Positions 46,210-57,915 of a DNA stretch of 64,000 nt are shown piece after piece. The stretch comes from Peptococcaceae bacterium (GTDB lineage: Bacteria > Bacillota > Peptococcia > DRI-13 > PHAD01). Within the stretch, counting starts at the first letter, position 1. Each line of letters starts with the position of its first letter. The stretch is from assembly GCA_024655825.1 (NCBI GenBank), contig JANLFJ010000005.1:28541-92540 (forward strand), given 5' to 3'. The notes under the pieces are model-generated. The model was not told the DNA's origin and made no database searches. It saw nothing but the letters and a program-made list of their open reading frames with translations. Made by a program: the position numbers and the translations under genes.

Positions 46210-48969
46210 ATGAAGAAAGAGTGGCATGCGATGACTGCACGAGAAGTGCTGGAAGATTTTATGGTTGAAGCCCAAAAAGGCTTGTCTGCAGGAGAATCGA
46301 TGCGCCGCCTTAAACTTGTTGGCCCAAACCGGTTAAAAGAACAAAAAAAAGTGTCTCCTGTGTTCATTTTTTTTTCACAGTTCACTGATTTTATGGTGCT
46401 GGTCCTGATGGCTGCCAGCGTTGTTTCTGGATTTCTCGGTGAGTATGCCGATTCATTTACCATTTTGTTCATAATTGTCTTGAATGCAGTTTTGGGTTTT
46501 ATACAGGAGTACCGGGCTGAAAAGTCACTGGATGCCCTGAAAAAGATGACCGCGCCTGAGGCCAGGTTGATCAGAGAGGGCCGGGTATTGAGGGTGCCGG
46601 CTGAAGAGGTTGTCCCCGGAGACATTGTGGTGCTGGAAACGGGAGACCTTATTCCGGCTGATCTAAGAATTATTGAAGCAAACCAGCTTGAGGTAAACGA
46701 GGCTACGCTGACAGGCGAGTCTTTGCCGGCAAGAAAACGTCCCCAGGAGACTTTTGCTGTATCAACGACACTGGCCGATAGAAAAAACATGGGCTACATG
46801 GGAACGGTCGTCACCAGGGGCAGGGGAACGGGGGTGGTTGTAGGAACAGGAATGGCAACGGAAATGGGCCAGATTGCCGGGTATATCCAGCAGGTCCAAG
46901 ATGAGGATACACCGCTGCAGAAAAGGCTAGCCCATCTCGGACGCTGGCTGGTCATGGCCTGCCTGGCGGTAGTTGCCTTGGTGGTCGCGGCTGGAATAAT
47001 GCGCGGTGAACCTGCCTACGGGATGTTTCTTACCGGGGTTAGCCTGGCTGTAGCCGCCATTCCTGAGGGGCTTCCCGCCATTGTTACTGTAACTCTGGCT
47101 GCCGGGGTGCAAAAAATGGTAAAAAGGCAGGCTATCGTTAGGGAACTTCATGCGGTGGAAACTCTCGGCTGTGCAACGGTAATCTGTTCTGACAAGACCG
47201 GAACACTCACCAAGAATGAAATGACAGTGCGCAGGATTTACTTGGCCGGAACAACGGTGCAGGTCACAGGTGAAGGTTATGACCCGCATGGCCGGCTAAC
47301 CTGTTCAGGCGACGAGTCATGGACGGAAAAGAATAAGGGCGGAATTGATCAAGCGATGAAAATTGCGGCCTTGTGCAATAATGCTTCTCTCCGGAAGAAT
47401 AATATAACCATTAAGGGGCTTTTCAGGAACGGCGACCGGCAAGCATGGAAGGTGGAAGGAGACCCGACCGAAGGGGCCCTGCTGGTTGCTGCCGCAAAGG
47501 CCGGCTTGTGGCGTGAAACGCTGGAAAGAAAAGAGAACAGGGTCAGGGAAATACCCTTTGATTCCGAAAGAAAACGGATGAGCGTCGTTTACGAAACGAA
47601 GGGCAGCGGGAAAAGATATGTTTACTGCAAGGGAGCGCCGGATGTACTCCTGGATCTTTGCAGGTGGGTCTGGTGGAATAATGAAATCGTTCCATTAAAA
47701 CCAGAACTAAAAAAGGCGGTCCTGCAGGCCGACGAGGAAATGGCTGGCGAAGCCATGCGCGTGCTGGGACTGGCCTTTCGAGAAATTCCGGCAGGTTTCA
47801 ACCTGGAAGACGAATCCGGTATAGAAACCGATCTGGTGTTTGTTGCTCTCGCCGGGATGATTGACCCGCCGAAAGCAACCGCCCGGGAGGCCGTGGGAAT
47901 ATGCAGGGCGGCGGGGATAAAGACGGTCATGATTACCGGAGACCATAAAAGGACGGCGGAGGCCATAGCTAAAGAGGTGAGGATTATAACCGGCCCAGGC
48001 CAGCTTGTTCTGACCGGGCCAGAACTTGACGGTTTGAGCGATTACCAGTTGGGGAACATTATCAACCAGGTGGCGGTTTTTGCGCGTGTTTCTCCCAAAC
48101 ATAAAATCAGGATCGTGAGGGCCCTCAAAAACGCAGGGCACATTGTGGCCATGACTGGAGACGGCGTAAATGACGCTCCGGCGGTAAAGGAGGCCGACAT
48201 CGGCGTGAGCATGGGAATCGCGGGAACTGACGTTACCAGGGAAGCTTCGTCGCTGGTCCTGGGGAATGACGATTTCGCCACTATTGTGGCTGCCGTCGAA
48301 GAAGGCCGGATCATTTACGACAATATCAGGAAATTTATACGTTATCTTCTCTCCTGCAATGCGGGGGAGATCATGACCATGTTCGCCGCTACCCTGCTGG
48401 GCTTGCCCCTGCCGCTGATACCGATTCAGATCCTGTGGATGAACCTGGTCACCGACGGGCTGCCGGCCATGGCCCTAGGCTTTGATCCCGGCGACCCGGA
48501 CATCATGAATCGTCGCCCCCGGTCCCCGCGAGAAAACATTTTTGCTCATGGATTGAGCAGGAGAATAATCGTGAGAGGGTTTATTATCACCGCGGCCGTA
48601 TTGTTTGTATATATCACTGGATTTTTTGCCGGTGGAAAAAATTTAGAACTGGCCAGGACAATGGCTTTTACCACACTAGTGTTTGTGCAGCTGCTTTATG
48701 TATTCGACTGCAGGTCGGAGCGCTATTCCATTTTTGACCTTGGTTTTCTAAGCAATCCATACCTTGTGGGAGCCGTAACCTGCTCAATCATCATGCAGCT
48801 GGCGGTCATATATGTCCCGGCTTTCCAGGGACTTTTCGGGACTGTCCCGCTGGAATTATGGCCTTGGGGTTTAATCATCAGCCTGTCGATAGGAACTACC
48901 CTCTTGCAGGGATTGTACCGTACTGTTAAAATCAGGAGAAAGAGAAGAATTATTTCCTTGAGAGCATAG
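46210..48969 (+). CDS. P-type (IIA, Ca2+) cation-transporting ATPase, YloB-like
   Basis: TGES, AIPEGL, CSDKTGTLT, KGAPD, MTGDGVNDAP, LWMNLVTDGLPA; ATG 46210 (track start 46186). Confidence 0.95.
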   Translation: MKKEWHAMTAREVLEDFMVEAQKGLSAGESMRRLKLVGPNRLKEQKKVSPVFIFFSQFTDFMVLVLMAASVVSGFLGEYADSFTILFIIVLNAVLGFIQEYRAEKSLDALKKMTAPEARLIREGRVLRVPAEEVVPGDIVVLETGDLIPADLRIIEANQLEVNEATLTGESLPARKRPQETFAVSTTLADRKNMGYMGTVVTRGRGTGVVVGTGMATEMGQIAGYIQQVQDEDTPLQKRLAHLGRWLVMACLAVVALVVAAGIMRGEPAYGMFLTGVSLAVAAIPEGLPAIVTVTLAAGVQKMVKRQAIVRELHAVETLGCATVICSDKTGTLTKNEMTVRRIYLAGTTVQVTGEGYDPHGRLTCSGDESWTEKNKGGIDQAMKIAALCNNASLRKNNITIKGLFRNGDRQAWKVEGDPTEGALLVAAAKAGLWRETLERKENRVREIPFDSERKRMSVVYETKGSGKRYVYCKGAPDVLLDLCRWVWWNNEIVPLKPELKKAVLQADEEMAGEAMRVLGLAFREIPAGFNLEDESGIETDLVFVALAGMIDPPKATAREAVGICRAAGIKTVMITGDHKRTAEAIAKEVRIITGPGQLVLTGPELDGLSDYQLGNIINQVAVFARVSPKHKIRIVRALKNAGHIVAMTGDGVNDAPAVKEADIGVSMGIAGTDVTREASSLVLGNDDFATIVAAVEEGRIIYDNIRKFIRYLLSCNAGEIMTMFAATLLGLPLPLIPIQILWMNLVTDGLPAMALGFDPGDPDIMNRRPRSPRENIFAHGLSRRIIVRGFIITAAVLFVYITGFFAGGKNLELARTMAFTTLVFVQLLYVFDCRSERYSIFDLGFLSNPYLVGAVTCSIIMQLAVIYVPAFQGLFGTVPLELWPWGLIISLSIGTTLLQGLYRTVKIRRKRRIISLRA

Positions 48970-48983
48970 GAGGTTTTCGAAGG

Positions 48984-49835
48984 ATGAAATTTCGCAAAGT
49001 TCACGGGCTGGGCAACGATTTTATTGTTATCGACGGTATTAAGGAAAACCTCCCGAACGATTTATCCAAAGCTGCCTGGAGAATGTGCGACAGGCATTTT
49101 GGTATTGGGGCTGACGGCCTTGTGGTTATACTGCCTTCCAACCGCGCAGACATCAGGATGCGGATCATCAATTCTGACGGGAGCGAAGCGGAGATGTGCG
49201 GCAATGCCATCCGCTGTTTCGCCAAACTGGTTTATGAACTTGGTTATGTGGTGAAGGATGAGTTTTCTGTGGAAACCCTGGCCGGCCTGATGGTCCCCCG
49301 CCTTGTCCTGGAAGGGAGAGCAGTAAAGGGGGTAACCGTAGACATGGGAGAACCTGCGCTGGAAAAGAGCGCCGTTCCCATGCTGGGACCGGAGGGACAG
49401 GCCATCGACGAACCCCTGGAGGTGCTGGACACAACGTACAGGGTAACCTGCCTCTTGATGGGTGTCCCGCACTGCGTGATTTTTGCAGACGATGTAGAAA
49501 AAGTTGACCTGTACCGGTACGGCCCGGCGATAGAAAAACATCCAGTATTTCCCAGGAAAACAAATGTCCATTTCGTTGAAGTGATCAGCGACCACGAGTT
49601 GAAAATGAGGATCTGGGAAAGAGGGGCCGGACCCACCCTGGCTTGCGGGACCGGGGCCTGCGGCGTGCTGGTTGCGGCGGTGCTGAATAAAAAGACCGGC
49701 AGAAAGGCCAGGATCCAACTGCCGGGAGGATTTCTTGACGTGGAGTGGGCCAAAAACAATCATGTCTACATGACCGGTCCGGCCATGGAGGTTTTCCGGG
49801 GCGAAATATCAGATACGAGCCTGATTGAATCTTAA
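48984..49835 (+). CDS. dapF: Diaminopimelate epimerase
   Basis: HGLGNDF, GIGADG, MCGNAIRC, GVPHCV, ERGAGPTLACGTG. Confidence 0.97.
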   Translation: MKFRKVHGLGNDFIVIDGIKENLPNDLSKAAWRMCDRHFGIGADGLVVILPSNRADIRMRIINSDGSEAEMCGNAIRCFAKLVYELGYVVKDEFSVETLAGLMVPRLVLEGRAVKGVTVDMGEPALEKSAVPMLGPEGQAIDEPLEVLDTTYRVTCLLMGVPHCVIFADDVEKVDLYRYGPAIEKHPVFPRKTNVHFVEVISDHELKMRIWERGAGPTLACGTGACGVLVAAVLNKKTGRKARIQLPGGFLDVEWAKNNHVYMTGPAMEVFRGEISDTSLIES

Positions 49836-49861
49836 TCGGATGAAGAAAGGATGATTGGTTT

Positions 49862-51031
49862 ATGGAAGCGACAAGGATTAAAAAACTGCCACCTTATCTG
49901 TTCGCGCGCATTGAGAAGAAGATCGAGGAAGCCAGGGAAAAGGGGATTGACATTGTCAGCTTCGGTATTGGAGACCCCGACCAGCCTACTCCCCAGTACA
50001 TCATCGACGAACTGTGCAAGGAAGCGCAAAACCCCGCCAACCACCAGTACCCGTCTTCGGTGGGACTGCTTTCTTTCCGTCAGGCGGTTAGCGAGTATTA
50101 TAAAAAGACGCACGGTGTGGACTTGGACCCTAAAAAAGAAGTGGTAACCCTGATCGGCTCGAAAGAAGGGATAGGACACATCAATTTCTGTTATGTGGAC
50201 CCTGGCGACATCAACCTAATTCCTGATCCGGGTTATCCCGTTTACGGGATAGGCACACTGCTGGCAGGCGGTGAAGGTTATCCCATGCCGCTTTTGAAAG
50301 AGAACGGTTTTCTGCCGGACCTGGACAGCATTCCCGCAGATGTGGCCAGGAAAGCCAAGCTGATGTTTATCAATTATCCCAATAACCCTACCGGCGCCGT
50401 GGCCGGGAAGGATTTCTTTTCCAAAGTGGTGGAGTTTGCAAAAAAATACGAGATAATCGTTTGTCATGATGCCGCCTATGTGGAACTCGCTTACGGCGAT
50501 TACGAGCCGGTAAGCTTCCTTGAAGTTCCCGGGGCCAAGGATGTGGGGATTGAGTTCGGGTCACTTTCCAAACCGTTCAACATGACGGGCTGGCGCATAG
50601 GATGGGCTGCCGGCCGGACCGACGTTGTGGAATCGCTCGGCCGCCTCAAGTCAAACCTGGACTCCGGGCAATTCCAGGCCATCCAGTACGCGGCAATAAA
50701 AGGGCTGACCGGGCCGAAGGACGGGGTTGAAAAATTGCGCGGTTTATACAAAAGGAGATTGGACCTGGTTGTAGAAGGTTTAAACAAGATGGGTTGGAAC
50801 TTGCCAAAACCCAAAGCCACCTTTTATTTGTGGGCTCCCGTTCCCCGGGGATTCACTTCGGCCTCTTTTGCCGAGTACGTGCTGGACAAAGCGGGAGTGA
50901 TTGTTACGCCAGGCAACGGCTACGGCCAGTACGGCGAAGGATATTTCCGCATTTCCGTCACTATTTCCGACGAGCGGATCAAGGAGGGACTGGCTCGCCT
51001 GGAAAAACACCTGGGCAAAGTGGAGTTTTAA
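49862..51031 (+). CDS. dapL: LL-diaminopimelate aminotransferase
   Basis: [41 protein letters not shown]; adjacent to dapF. Confidence 0.9.
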   Translation: MEATRIKKLPPYLFARIEKKIEEAREKGIDIVSFGIGDPDQPTPQYIIDELCKEAQNPANHQYPSSVGLLSFRQAVSEYYKKTHGVDLDPKKEVVTLIGSKEGIGHINFCYVDPGDINLIPDPGYPVYGIGTLLAGGEGYPMPLLKENGFLPDLDSIPADVARKAKLMFINYPNNPTGAVAGKDFFSKVVEFAKKYEIIVCHDAAYVELAYGDYEPVSFLEVPGAKDVGIEFGSLSKPFNMTGWRIGWAAGRTDVVESLGRLKSNLDSGQFQAIQYAAIKGLTGPKDGVEKLRGLYKRRLDLVVEGLNKMGWNLPKPKATFYLWAPVPRGFTSASFAEYVLDKAGVIVTPGNGYGQYGEGYFRISVTISDERIKEGLARLEKHLGKVEF

Positions 51032-51075
51032 GGTTATGACTGTCATAATTATTAAAGAAATTGTGGAGGTAAAAA

Positions 51076-51954
51076 TTGATTAAAAGCATGACGGGATTCG
51101 GCAGGGGGGAAAACACGGGTCTCCACAAGCAGGTGACGGTGGAAATAAAATCGGTGAACCACCGCTACAACGAGGTCCTGGTTAAACTGCCGCGCCAGTA
51201 TACACTGCTGGAAGAAAATGTGCGCCGGGAAGTGCTAAAAAATGTTTCGCGCGGCAGGGTTGAAGTAAAATTGAATCTGGAAAACGCGGGCGGCGACAAA
51301 ATCAAGGTTGAAGTTGACAAAGAATTAGCCTTGGCGTATTATAAAGCATTGAAGGAATTGGCAACAATTGTCGATATGCCTTTGAACTTGAGGCCGGTTG
51401 AAATCGCCCAGATGCCGGATGTTATGAAAGTGGAGGAAACCGAAGAAAATCTTGATGAAATCTGGCGGGACGTAAAACCTGCCCTTGAACAGGCTCTCCT
51501 TGTTTTGCTGGAGATGAGAAAAAAAGAGGGGGAAAAACTGGAAGCCGATTTTAAAGCCCGTATAGATTACTTACATGAACTGCATAACAAGATTGAAGAT
51601 AGAAGCCCTTTCGTGGTAAGCCAGTACCGGGATAAACTGCACAGCCGGCTAAAAGAAATAATTAACAGCGGCCAAGTTGACGAAAACCGTGTCGAGCTTG
51701 AGATTGCGCTCTTTGCGGACAGAAGCAGCATAGACGAAGAACTTACCAGATTAAAAAGCCATTTTAATCAGTTTATAGAAGCTTTAGAAGAAGACAGCCC
51801 GGTAGGCCGCAAGCTGGATTTTTTGATCCAGGAAATGCACAGGGAAGTCAACACCATCGGTTCAAAAGCCAGTGACATGGAAATAACCCGGCACGTGGTG
51901 GAAATGAAGTGCGAGCTGGAAAAGCTGCGTGAACAGGTACAAAACATTGAATAA
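51076..51954 (+). CDS. yloC: YicC/YloC family endoribonuclease
   Basis: MIKSMTGFG, SVNHRY, EELTRLKSH, GRKLDFLIQEMHRE, REQVQNIE. Confidence 0.95.
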   Translation: MIKSMTGFGRGENTGLHKQVTVEIKSVNHRYNEVLVKLPRQYTLLEENVRREVLKNVSRGRVEVKLNLENAGGDKIKVEVDKELALAYYKALKELATIVDMPLNLRPVEIAQMPDVMKVEETEENLDEIWRDVKPALEQALLVLLEMRKKEGEKLEADFKARIDYLHELHNKIEDRSPFVVSQYRDKLHSRLKEIINSGQVDENRVELEIALFADRSSIDEELTRLKSHFNQFIEALEEDSPVGRKLDFLIQEMHREVNTIGSKASDMEITRHVVEMKCELEKLREQVQNIE

Positions 51955-51972
51955 ACGGGCCAGGAGGTTTAT

Positions 51973-52245
51973 ATGTCTATTAAATTGATAAATATCGGCT
52001 TCGGGAACATAGTTTCGGCCAACCGCATCATTGCCATTGTCAGTCCGGAATCGGCACCGATCAAGAGGATAATTCAGGAAGCCCGCGACAGGGGAATGCT
52101 GATTGATGCCACATATGGAAGGCGGACGCGGGCAGTAGTTATTATGGACAGCGATCACGTTGTTTTGTCTGCTGTCCAGCCGGAGACTGTTGCTAACAGG
52201 CTGGGAACCAAAGAGTCGCTGCCAGTAGAAGATCCTCTTATGTAA
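51973..52245 (+). CDS. remA: Extracellular matrix regulator RemA (DUF370)
   Basis: [39 protein letters not shown]. Confidence 0.95.
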   Translation: MSIKLINIGFGNIVSANRIIAIVSPESAPIKRIIQEARDRGMLIDATYGRRTRAVVIMDSDHVVLSAVQPETVANRLGTKESLPVEDPLM

Positions 52246-52257
52246 TGGAGAAAAAGC

Positions 52258-52863
52258 ATGTGCAACCTCGCTGACAATCGTGGTTCCAGGGGTAACCTGA
52301 TAGTTCTTTCCGGCCCTTCCGGGGTTGGCAAAGGGACTATCTGCCGTGAGCTTTTAAAAAAGTGCCCCGACCTGACCTATTCCGTTTCTGCTACCACCAG
52401 GAAGATGCGTCCAGGTGAAACTGACGGTAGAGAGTATTTCTTTTACAATGTGGATGAGTTTCTTCACCTGGTTAAAAAAGGCGCTTTCTTGGAATGGGCC
52501 AGGGTATATGACAATTACTACGGCACTCCCCGGGAGTTTGTTGAAAAAATAACGGGGGAAGGCAAGGACTGCATTTTAGAAATAGATGTCCAGGGAGCCC
52601 TGCAGGTGAAAAGAGAAAAGCCGGAAGGAGTGTTCATCTTTATTGCGCCGCCTTCTAAGGAAGAACTTGTTCGCAGGATTACCGGGCGAGGGACCGAAGA
52701 CAAGGTAGAAATTAAAAAGAGACTGGATCAAGCGGACGGGGAGATGGCCCATCTGGCGGAATACGATTACTTGGTAGTAAACGATGAAGTATCTCTGGCC
52801 GTTGCCAGGATACAATGCATTATTACGGCCGAAAGATGCCGGGTACATAAAAAAAGCAGGTAA
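52258..52863 (+). CDS. gmk: Guanylate kinase
   Basis: [34 protein letters not shown]. Confidence 0.97.
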   Translation: MCNLADNRGSRGNLIVLSGPSGVGKGTICRELLKKCPDLTYSVSATTRKMRPGETDGREYFFYNVDEFLHLVKKGAFLEWARVYDNYYGTPREFVEKITGEGKDCILEIDVQGALQVKREKPEGVFIFIAPPSKEELVRRITGRGTEDKVEIKKRLDQADGEMAHLAEYDYLVVNDEVSLAVARIQCIITAERCRVHKKSR

Positions 52864-52883
52864 ATATTACGGGAGGTGTCTAT

Positions 52884-53099
52884 GTGCGCCAGCCTTCAAT
52901 AGATGAGTTAATGAAAAAAGTCGATTCCAAGTACGCTTTGGTGGTGGCAGCGGCCAAAAGGGCACGCATGTTGACGGAGGGAGCCAATCCCCTGGTGGAA
53001 AAAGGGAATAATGAATCATTAAAGCCGGTCAGCGTGGCCCTGGAAGAAATAGCTGGCGGAAAAGTGCTTTTCGAGTCCACCAAGAGCGGCATAAAATAA
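52884..53099 (+). CDS. rpoZ: RNA polymerase omega subunit
   Basis: PSIDEL...[14 protein letters not shown]...[10 protein letters not shown]; GTG start. Confidence 0.95.
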   Translation: MRQPSIDELMKKVDSKYALVVAAAKRARMLTEGANPLVEKGNNESLKPVSVALEEIAGGKVLFESTKSGIK

Positions 53100-53151
53100 A
53101 CAAATGATGGTAGATACAGCGTGGAGCGGCGGCTGGAAAGGGGGAACGGCT

Positions 53152-54369
53152 TTGTTCAAGGGGAAAAACATTGTTGTCGGCGTAACGGGCAGCATAGCCG
53201 CTTATAAAAGCGCGGAACTGGTCAGCTTGCTGAAAAAGAAAGAAGCCCGGGTATATTGCGTGATGACGCAAGCTGCCCGGGAGTTTATTACTCCTCTTAC
53301 CCTGCGCACTCTTTCGCAAAACCCCGTCTTTACCGGGATGTTCGATGAACCACGGTTGTGGAAGGTGGAACATGTAGGGCTTGCCGACAGCGCGGACCTG
53401 GTGATGGTTGTTCCTGCCACCGCAAATATAATCGGCAAGTTGTGTCACGGGATTGCGGACGACCTGCTCACCACCGTAATTATGGCTGCAAAGGCCCCGG
53501 TCCTGCTGGCGCCTGCCATGAACGTCAATATGTATATGAACCCAATTGTTATTGAAAATATAAAAAAATTGAAAGAATTTGGCTACCATTTCGTAGAGCC
53601 TGAAGAGGGAGAACTGGCCTGCGGCTACCAGGGCAAAGGGCGCCTGGCTGATCTGGAGACAATTCTGGAACGGGCTGAAGAACTCCTGGTGAAAGAAAGG
53701 CCGCTTTGCGGGAAGAAGGTACTGGTAACTGCTGGTCCCACCCGCGAACCACTGGATCCGGTCAGGTTTTTAACCAATCACAGTACGGGGAAAATGGGTT
53801 ACGCCATCGCCAGGCAGGGGCGCCTGCTTGGCGCTGATGTGACCCTGGTCAGCGGGCCTTCCGCACTCAGGCCGTTTTCAGGCGTCAAGTTAATAAAAGT
53901 AGAAACGGCCCAGGAAATGAAGGACGCAGTAATCAGCGAGTACGAAAACAGCGACATAATTATAAAAGCCGCTGCTGTCGGCGATTTCAGGCCAAAAACA
54001 AGATCCGTTGAAAAAATAAAGAAACAATCAGCCGGTGGGCTCTGCTTGGAATTGGAAAATAACCCGGACATATTAGCAGAACTGGGACAAAGGAAAGGCT
54101 CCAGGATCCTGGTCGGGTTTGCTGCAGAAACCACCGGAGTCATAAAAAACGCGGCTGAAAAAATAGCTAAAAAAAACCTGGACTTTATCGTTGCCAACGA
54201 CATTACCAAGCCTGGCGCCGGCTTTGCTGGGGATACGAACCAGGTAACCCTTATTTTCGCTGATGGCAGGGAGAAAAAACTCCCCCTGATGGAAAAAGAC
54301 AGCGTGGCCAGGGAAATTCTAGAAGAGGCAACCAGGATTTTAAAAGAAAGGGAGTGTATGTTGAATTGA
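53152..54369 (+). CDS. coaBC: Bifunctional PPC decarboxylase / PPC synthetase
   Basis: GSIAAYK, PATAN, PAMN, TAGPTRE, STGKMG, VGFAAET; TTG 53152 (track start 53104). Confidence 0.97.
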   Translation: MFKGKNIVVGVTGSIAAYKSAELVSLLKKKEARVYCVMTQAAREFITPLTLRTLSQNPVFTGMFDEPRLWKVEHVGLADSADLVMVVPATANIIGKLCHGIADDLLTTVIMAAKAPVLLAPAMNVNMYMNPIVIENIKKLKEFGYHFVEPEEGELACGYQGKGRLADLETILERAEELLVKERPLCGKKVLVTAGPTREPLDPVRFLTNHSTGKMGYAIARQGRLLGADVTLVSGPSALRPFSGVKLIKVETAQEMKDAVISEYENSDIIIKAAAVGDFRPKTRSVEKIKKQSAGGLCLELENNPDILAELGQRKGSRILVGFAAETTGVIKNAAEKIAKKNLDFIVANDITKPGAGFAGDTNQVTLIFADGREKKLPLMEKDSVAREILEEATRILKERECMLN

Positions 54370-55559
54370 GCAAAAGACTTTATACATCGGAGTCGGTTAC
54401 GGAAGGACACCCGGATAAGATAGCGGACCAGATTTCGGACGGCATCCTGGATGCGCTTTTAACGGAAGACCCCATGTCCAGGGTTGCCTGCGAAACGTCG
54501 GTAACAACGGGATTGGTGCTTGTTTTCGGAGAAATAACCACAAGCTGTTATGTGGACATTCCCAAAATCGTTAGACAGATTGTAAAGGACATCGGTTATA
54601 CAAGGGCGAAATACGGTTTCGACGGGGACACATGCGCCGTGCTTACGGCTATCGACGAGCAGTCGCCGGATATTGCCCTTGGTGTGGACAGGTCGCTGGA
54701 AGCCAAAACGGGGATAGATGCAGAAGACGAGGAATTTGAAGCTATCGGCGCGGGCGACCAGGGCATGATGTACGGTTATGCGACGAACGAAACGCCAGAA
54801 TACATGCCTATGACCATCTCCCTGGCCCATAAGATTACCCGGCGGCTGGCCGAGGCGAGAAAAAAAGGAATTATTCCCTACCTCAGGCCGGACGGGAAGT
54901 CCCAGGTGACCGTGGAATACGAAAACGGAAAGCCGGTGAGGGTGGATACAATCGTTGTTTCTACGCAGCACAGCCCAAGCGTGGAAACCCAAAACATCAG
55001 GGACGATATTATTGAAGAAATTATCATCCCGATTGTTCCTGCCGAAATGATCGACAGGAAAACGCGCTACCTGATAAACCCCACCGGCAGGTTTGTAGTT
55101 GGCGGTCCACTCGGCGATGCCGGTCTAACCGGGCGTAAAATCATAGTTGATACTTACGGGGGAATGGCCCGGCACGGCGGAGGGGCTTTCTCCGGCAAGG
55201 ACCCGACAAAAGTTGACCGTTCCGCCGCGTATGCAGTAAGACACGTGGCCAAAAACATTGTGGCGGCGGGGCTTGCCGAAAAGTGCGAAATACAGGTGGC
55301 TTATGCCATTGGAGTGGCCCGTCCTGTCAGCATTATGGTGGATACTTTCGGCACCGGGAAATTTGATGACGAAGAAATAGTAAGGGCCGTACGGGAACTG
55401 TTCGACCTGCGGCCGGCGGCGATTATCAAAAACCTCGATCTTCGCAGGCCAATATACAAGCAGGTAGCGGCTTACGGGCATTTCGGACGCACTGACCTTG
55501 ACCTGCCCTGGGAAAGACTGGACAAAGTGGGAGAATTGAAAAAATACTTTAAACTATAA
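54366..55559 (+). CDS. metK: S-adenosylmethionine synthetase
   Basis: [49 protein letters not shown]; TTG 54366 (track start 54354). Confidence 0.98.
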   Translation: MSKRLYTSESVTEGHPDKIADQISDGILDALLTEDPMSRVACETSVTTGLVLVFGEITTSCYVDIPKIVRQIVKDIGYTRAKYGFDGDTCAVLTAIDEQSPDIALGVDRSLEAKTGIDAEDEEFEAIGAGDQGMMYGYATNETPEYMPMTISLAHKITRRLAEARKKGIIPYLRPDGKSQVTVEYENGKPVRVDTIVVSTQHSPSVETQNIRDDIIEEIIIPIVPAEMIDRKTRYLINPTGRFVVGGPLGDAGLTGRKIIVDTYGGMARHGGGAFSGKDPTKVDRSAAYAVRHVAKNIVAAGLAEKCEIQVAYAIGVARPVSIMVDTFGTGKFDDEEIVRAVRELFDLRPAAIIKNLDLRRPIYKQVAAYGHFGRTDLDLPWERLDKVGELKKYFKL

Positions 55560-55572
55560 GGAAACTAACCCT

Positions 55573-55600
55573 GCCGGGAACATTCAGTTCCCGGTTAATT
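55573..55600 (+). terminator. Probable terminator after metK
   Basis: GCCGGGAAC-ATTCA-GTTCCCGGT stem followed by TAATT. Confidence 0.55.
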
Positions 55601-55639
55601 AATGAGAAAAAACCATTTAATGCTTGCGCGGGGTGAAGG

Positions 55640-57877
55640 ATGTTTGCAGATGTATTAATCCTGCAGCCGAAGAGCGGTCAGGACCAGGTGCTGACATACC
55701 ATGTGCCGGAACACACGGCCGGAGTTGAGGGCGGCCGCCTGGTCGTCGTGCCCTTAAAGCAGCATAAAAAAAGAGGACTTGTCCTCAGGGTGTTCGACGA
55801 GAGACCGGCTGTCAGAGCGAATATTAAACCGGTGGAAAGCGTCCTGGACGAGTGGATGTCTCTAACGAGCACCGGTCTTGAGATAGCCATCTGGCTAAGC
55901 GAGTATTATGTGTGTTCACTTAATAAAGCCGTGTCTTTATTCCTTCCGCCGGCCATGAGGCAAAAGGAAAAGGAGATCGAGGTGTTTGTTGCCGGCAGCA
56001 GGGAACCGTTCGAACATTTGCTCCTGGGGAAAATGGAGGAGGATATTTTATCGCTTCTCAAAGAAGAGGGCGCGGCAACACGAGAAAGAATAAGCAGGTG
56101 TTTCGGTCCGGACGTGAAGCAGTCGCTGGAGTTCCTTTCGAAAAACAGGCTTATTGAACTGCAAAGAAAAATAATACCGCCAAAAACAGAAAAGAAAACC
56201 GGAAGAAATGGTCTCCCTGCGGAAAGAATGGACAGCCGCAGACCTGAGGTCTTGAATTGCGAACAGCAGCTTGTTTTCGATAAAATATATTCATCTATAA
56301 TAAAACGTGAAACAAAAAAGTGGCTGCTGTTTGGGGTTGCCGGAAGCGGCAAGACGGAAATATATCTCAGGGTCATGGAAGAAATCTTAAAGCTTGGGCG
56401 GCAGGTTCTTTACCTTGTGCCAGAGATTGCCTTGACACCGCAGGTTGCTTCTCTCCTTCTGGGATCCTTCGGAGAGAAGGTGGCTGTTTTGCACAGCGGC
56501 ATGTCTGGCGGCGAAAGATTTGACGAGTGGCTGCGGATCAGGAAGGGAGAGGCGAGGATTGTCCTGGGTCCACGCTCGGCTGTATTTTCTCCGTTCACCG
56601 ACCTGGGATTGATCATTATTGATGAAGAACATGAAAACACCTATAAACAAAACGAACCGGACCCGCGTTATGATGCCAGGAAGGTGGCGCTTGAACTGGC
56701 CGATCGCTTCAGGGCACTCCTGGTAATGGGTTCCGCCACGCCCTCCTTGTTGTCATTTAAACTTGCCCTGCAAGGGAACTACGAATTGCTGCGCCTTCAG
56801 ACGAGGGCAGCGTCCCGCCCCCTGCCGGAAGTAACAATAATTGATATGAAAAAAGATAGAAGAGAAGGAAACGGCGGAATTTTCAGCAGTTATCTTCAAG
56901 AGGCTTTGAAAAAGGTTGTTGCCCAGGGGGAGCAGGCTATTTTATTCATGAACAGGAGAGGGTTTCATACATTTCTTTTATGCCGCGAATGCGGGAAAAC
57001 GATGAACTGCCCGCGCTGCTCGATTTCTTTAACTTACCACCGGTCAGGAAACAGCATATTGTGCCATTACTGCGGGTACAAAAGAGCTGTGCCCGTAAGG
57101 TGCCCTTTATGCGGGAGCCATTTCCTGAATTATTACGGTACAGGCACGGAAAGGGTGGCCCAGGAACTGGAAAGGTTTTTGCCGGGTATCAGGTATGCCC
57201 GGATGGATGCGGATACGACCAAGACCAAAGGCAGTCATACCAGGATTCTCAAGGAGTTCCAGCAAAAGAAAAGCCAGGTCCTGATCGGCACGCAAATGGT
57301 TGCCAAGGGCCTGGACTTTCCAGGCGTTACCCTGGTAGGGATCATCAACGCCGATGCGCTTTTGAACATACCGGATTACCAGGGCGCGGAAAGGGCTTAC
57401 CAACTCATGGCCCAGGTTGCCGGGAGGGCGGGCCGCGGTAAAATAAAAGGAGAAGTGATCATACAGGCTTACAGCACAGAGAACTACGTGTACCCGGCAG
57501 TGGCGCGCCATGACTACGAAGCATTTTTCAAAAAGGAGATTGAAGACCGCCGGGTGTTGAAATACCCGCCGTTTTATCACCTGGTGAGGATACTTGTGAG
57601 CGGGACGGAAGAGAAAAAAGTCATGGAAAGGGTAGATTATTTATCAAAAATGCTTAAAATAAAAATAGGTACAAATGTTGAAGTTGATACCGAAATAATC
57701 GGACCGGCTCCTGCCCCGCTGTACCTTTTAAAAGGGCGCTGCCGGCATCATCTGCTGTTAAAAGGGAAACGGCTTGAAAGGCTGCAGGAACTGGCAGCCG
57801 CAGTTCGCGAAACAACCAAGAAATTGAGTCTGGAACCGCGGGTAATAATTGATGTTGAACCGCAAAACCTGCTTTAA
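55640..57877 (+). CDS. priA: Primosomal protein N'
   Basis: GVAGSGKTE, LVPEIALT, DEEHE, SATPS, four CxxC pairs, GTQMVAKGLDF. Confidence 0.97.
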   Translation: MFADVLILQPKSGQDQVLTYHVPEHTAGVEGGRLVVVPLKQHKKRGLVLRVFDERPAVRANIKPVESVLDEWMSLTSTGLEIAIWLSEYYVCSLNKAVSLFLPPAMRQKEKEIEVFVAGSREPFEHLLLGKMEEDILSLLKEEGAATRERISRCFGPDVKQSLEFLSKNRLIELQRKIIPPKTEKKTGRNGLPAERMDSRRPEVLNCEQQLVFDKIYSSIIKRETKKWLLFGVAGSGKTEIYLRVMEEILKLGRQVLYLVPEIALTPQVASLLLGSFGEKVAVLHSGMSGGERFDEWLRIRKGEARIVLGPRSAVFSPFTDLGLIIIDEEHENTYKQNEPDPRYDARKVALELADRFRALLVMGSATPSLLSFKLALQGNYELLRLQTRAASRPLPEVTIIDMKKDRREGNGGIFSSYLQEALKKVVAQGEQAILFMNRRGFHTFLLCRECGKTMNCPRCSISLTYHRSGNSILCHYCGYKRAVPVRCPLCGSHFLNYYGTGTERVAQELERFLPGIRYARMDADTTKTKGSHTRILKEFQQKKSQVLIGTQMVAKGLDFPGVTLVGIINADALLNIPDYQGAERAYQLMAQVAGRAGRGKIKGEVIIQAYSTENYVYPAVARHDYEAFFKKEIEDRRVLKYPPFYHLVRILVSGTEEKKVMERVDYLSKMLKIKIGTNVEVDTEIIGPAPAPLYLLKGRCRHHLLLKGKRLERLQELAAAVRETTKKLSLEPRVIIDVEPQNLL

Positions 57878-57915
57878 TTTTATTCGATGCCGCAGGGTGT
57901 AAAAGGAGGGCTCAG

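Noticed and set aside
54300-54370. SAM (S-box) riboswitch before metK
   Set aside because: metK overlaps the coaBC stop, so no leader exists
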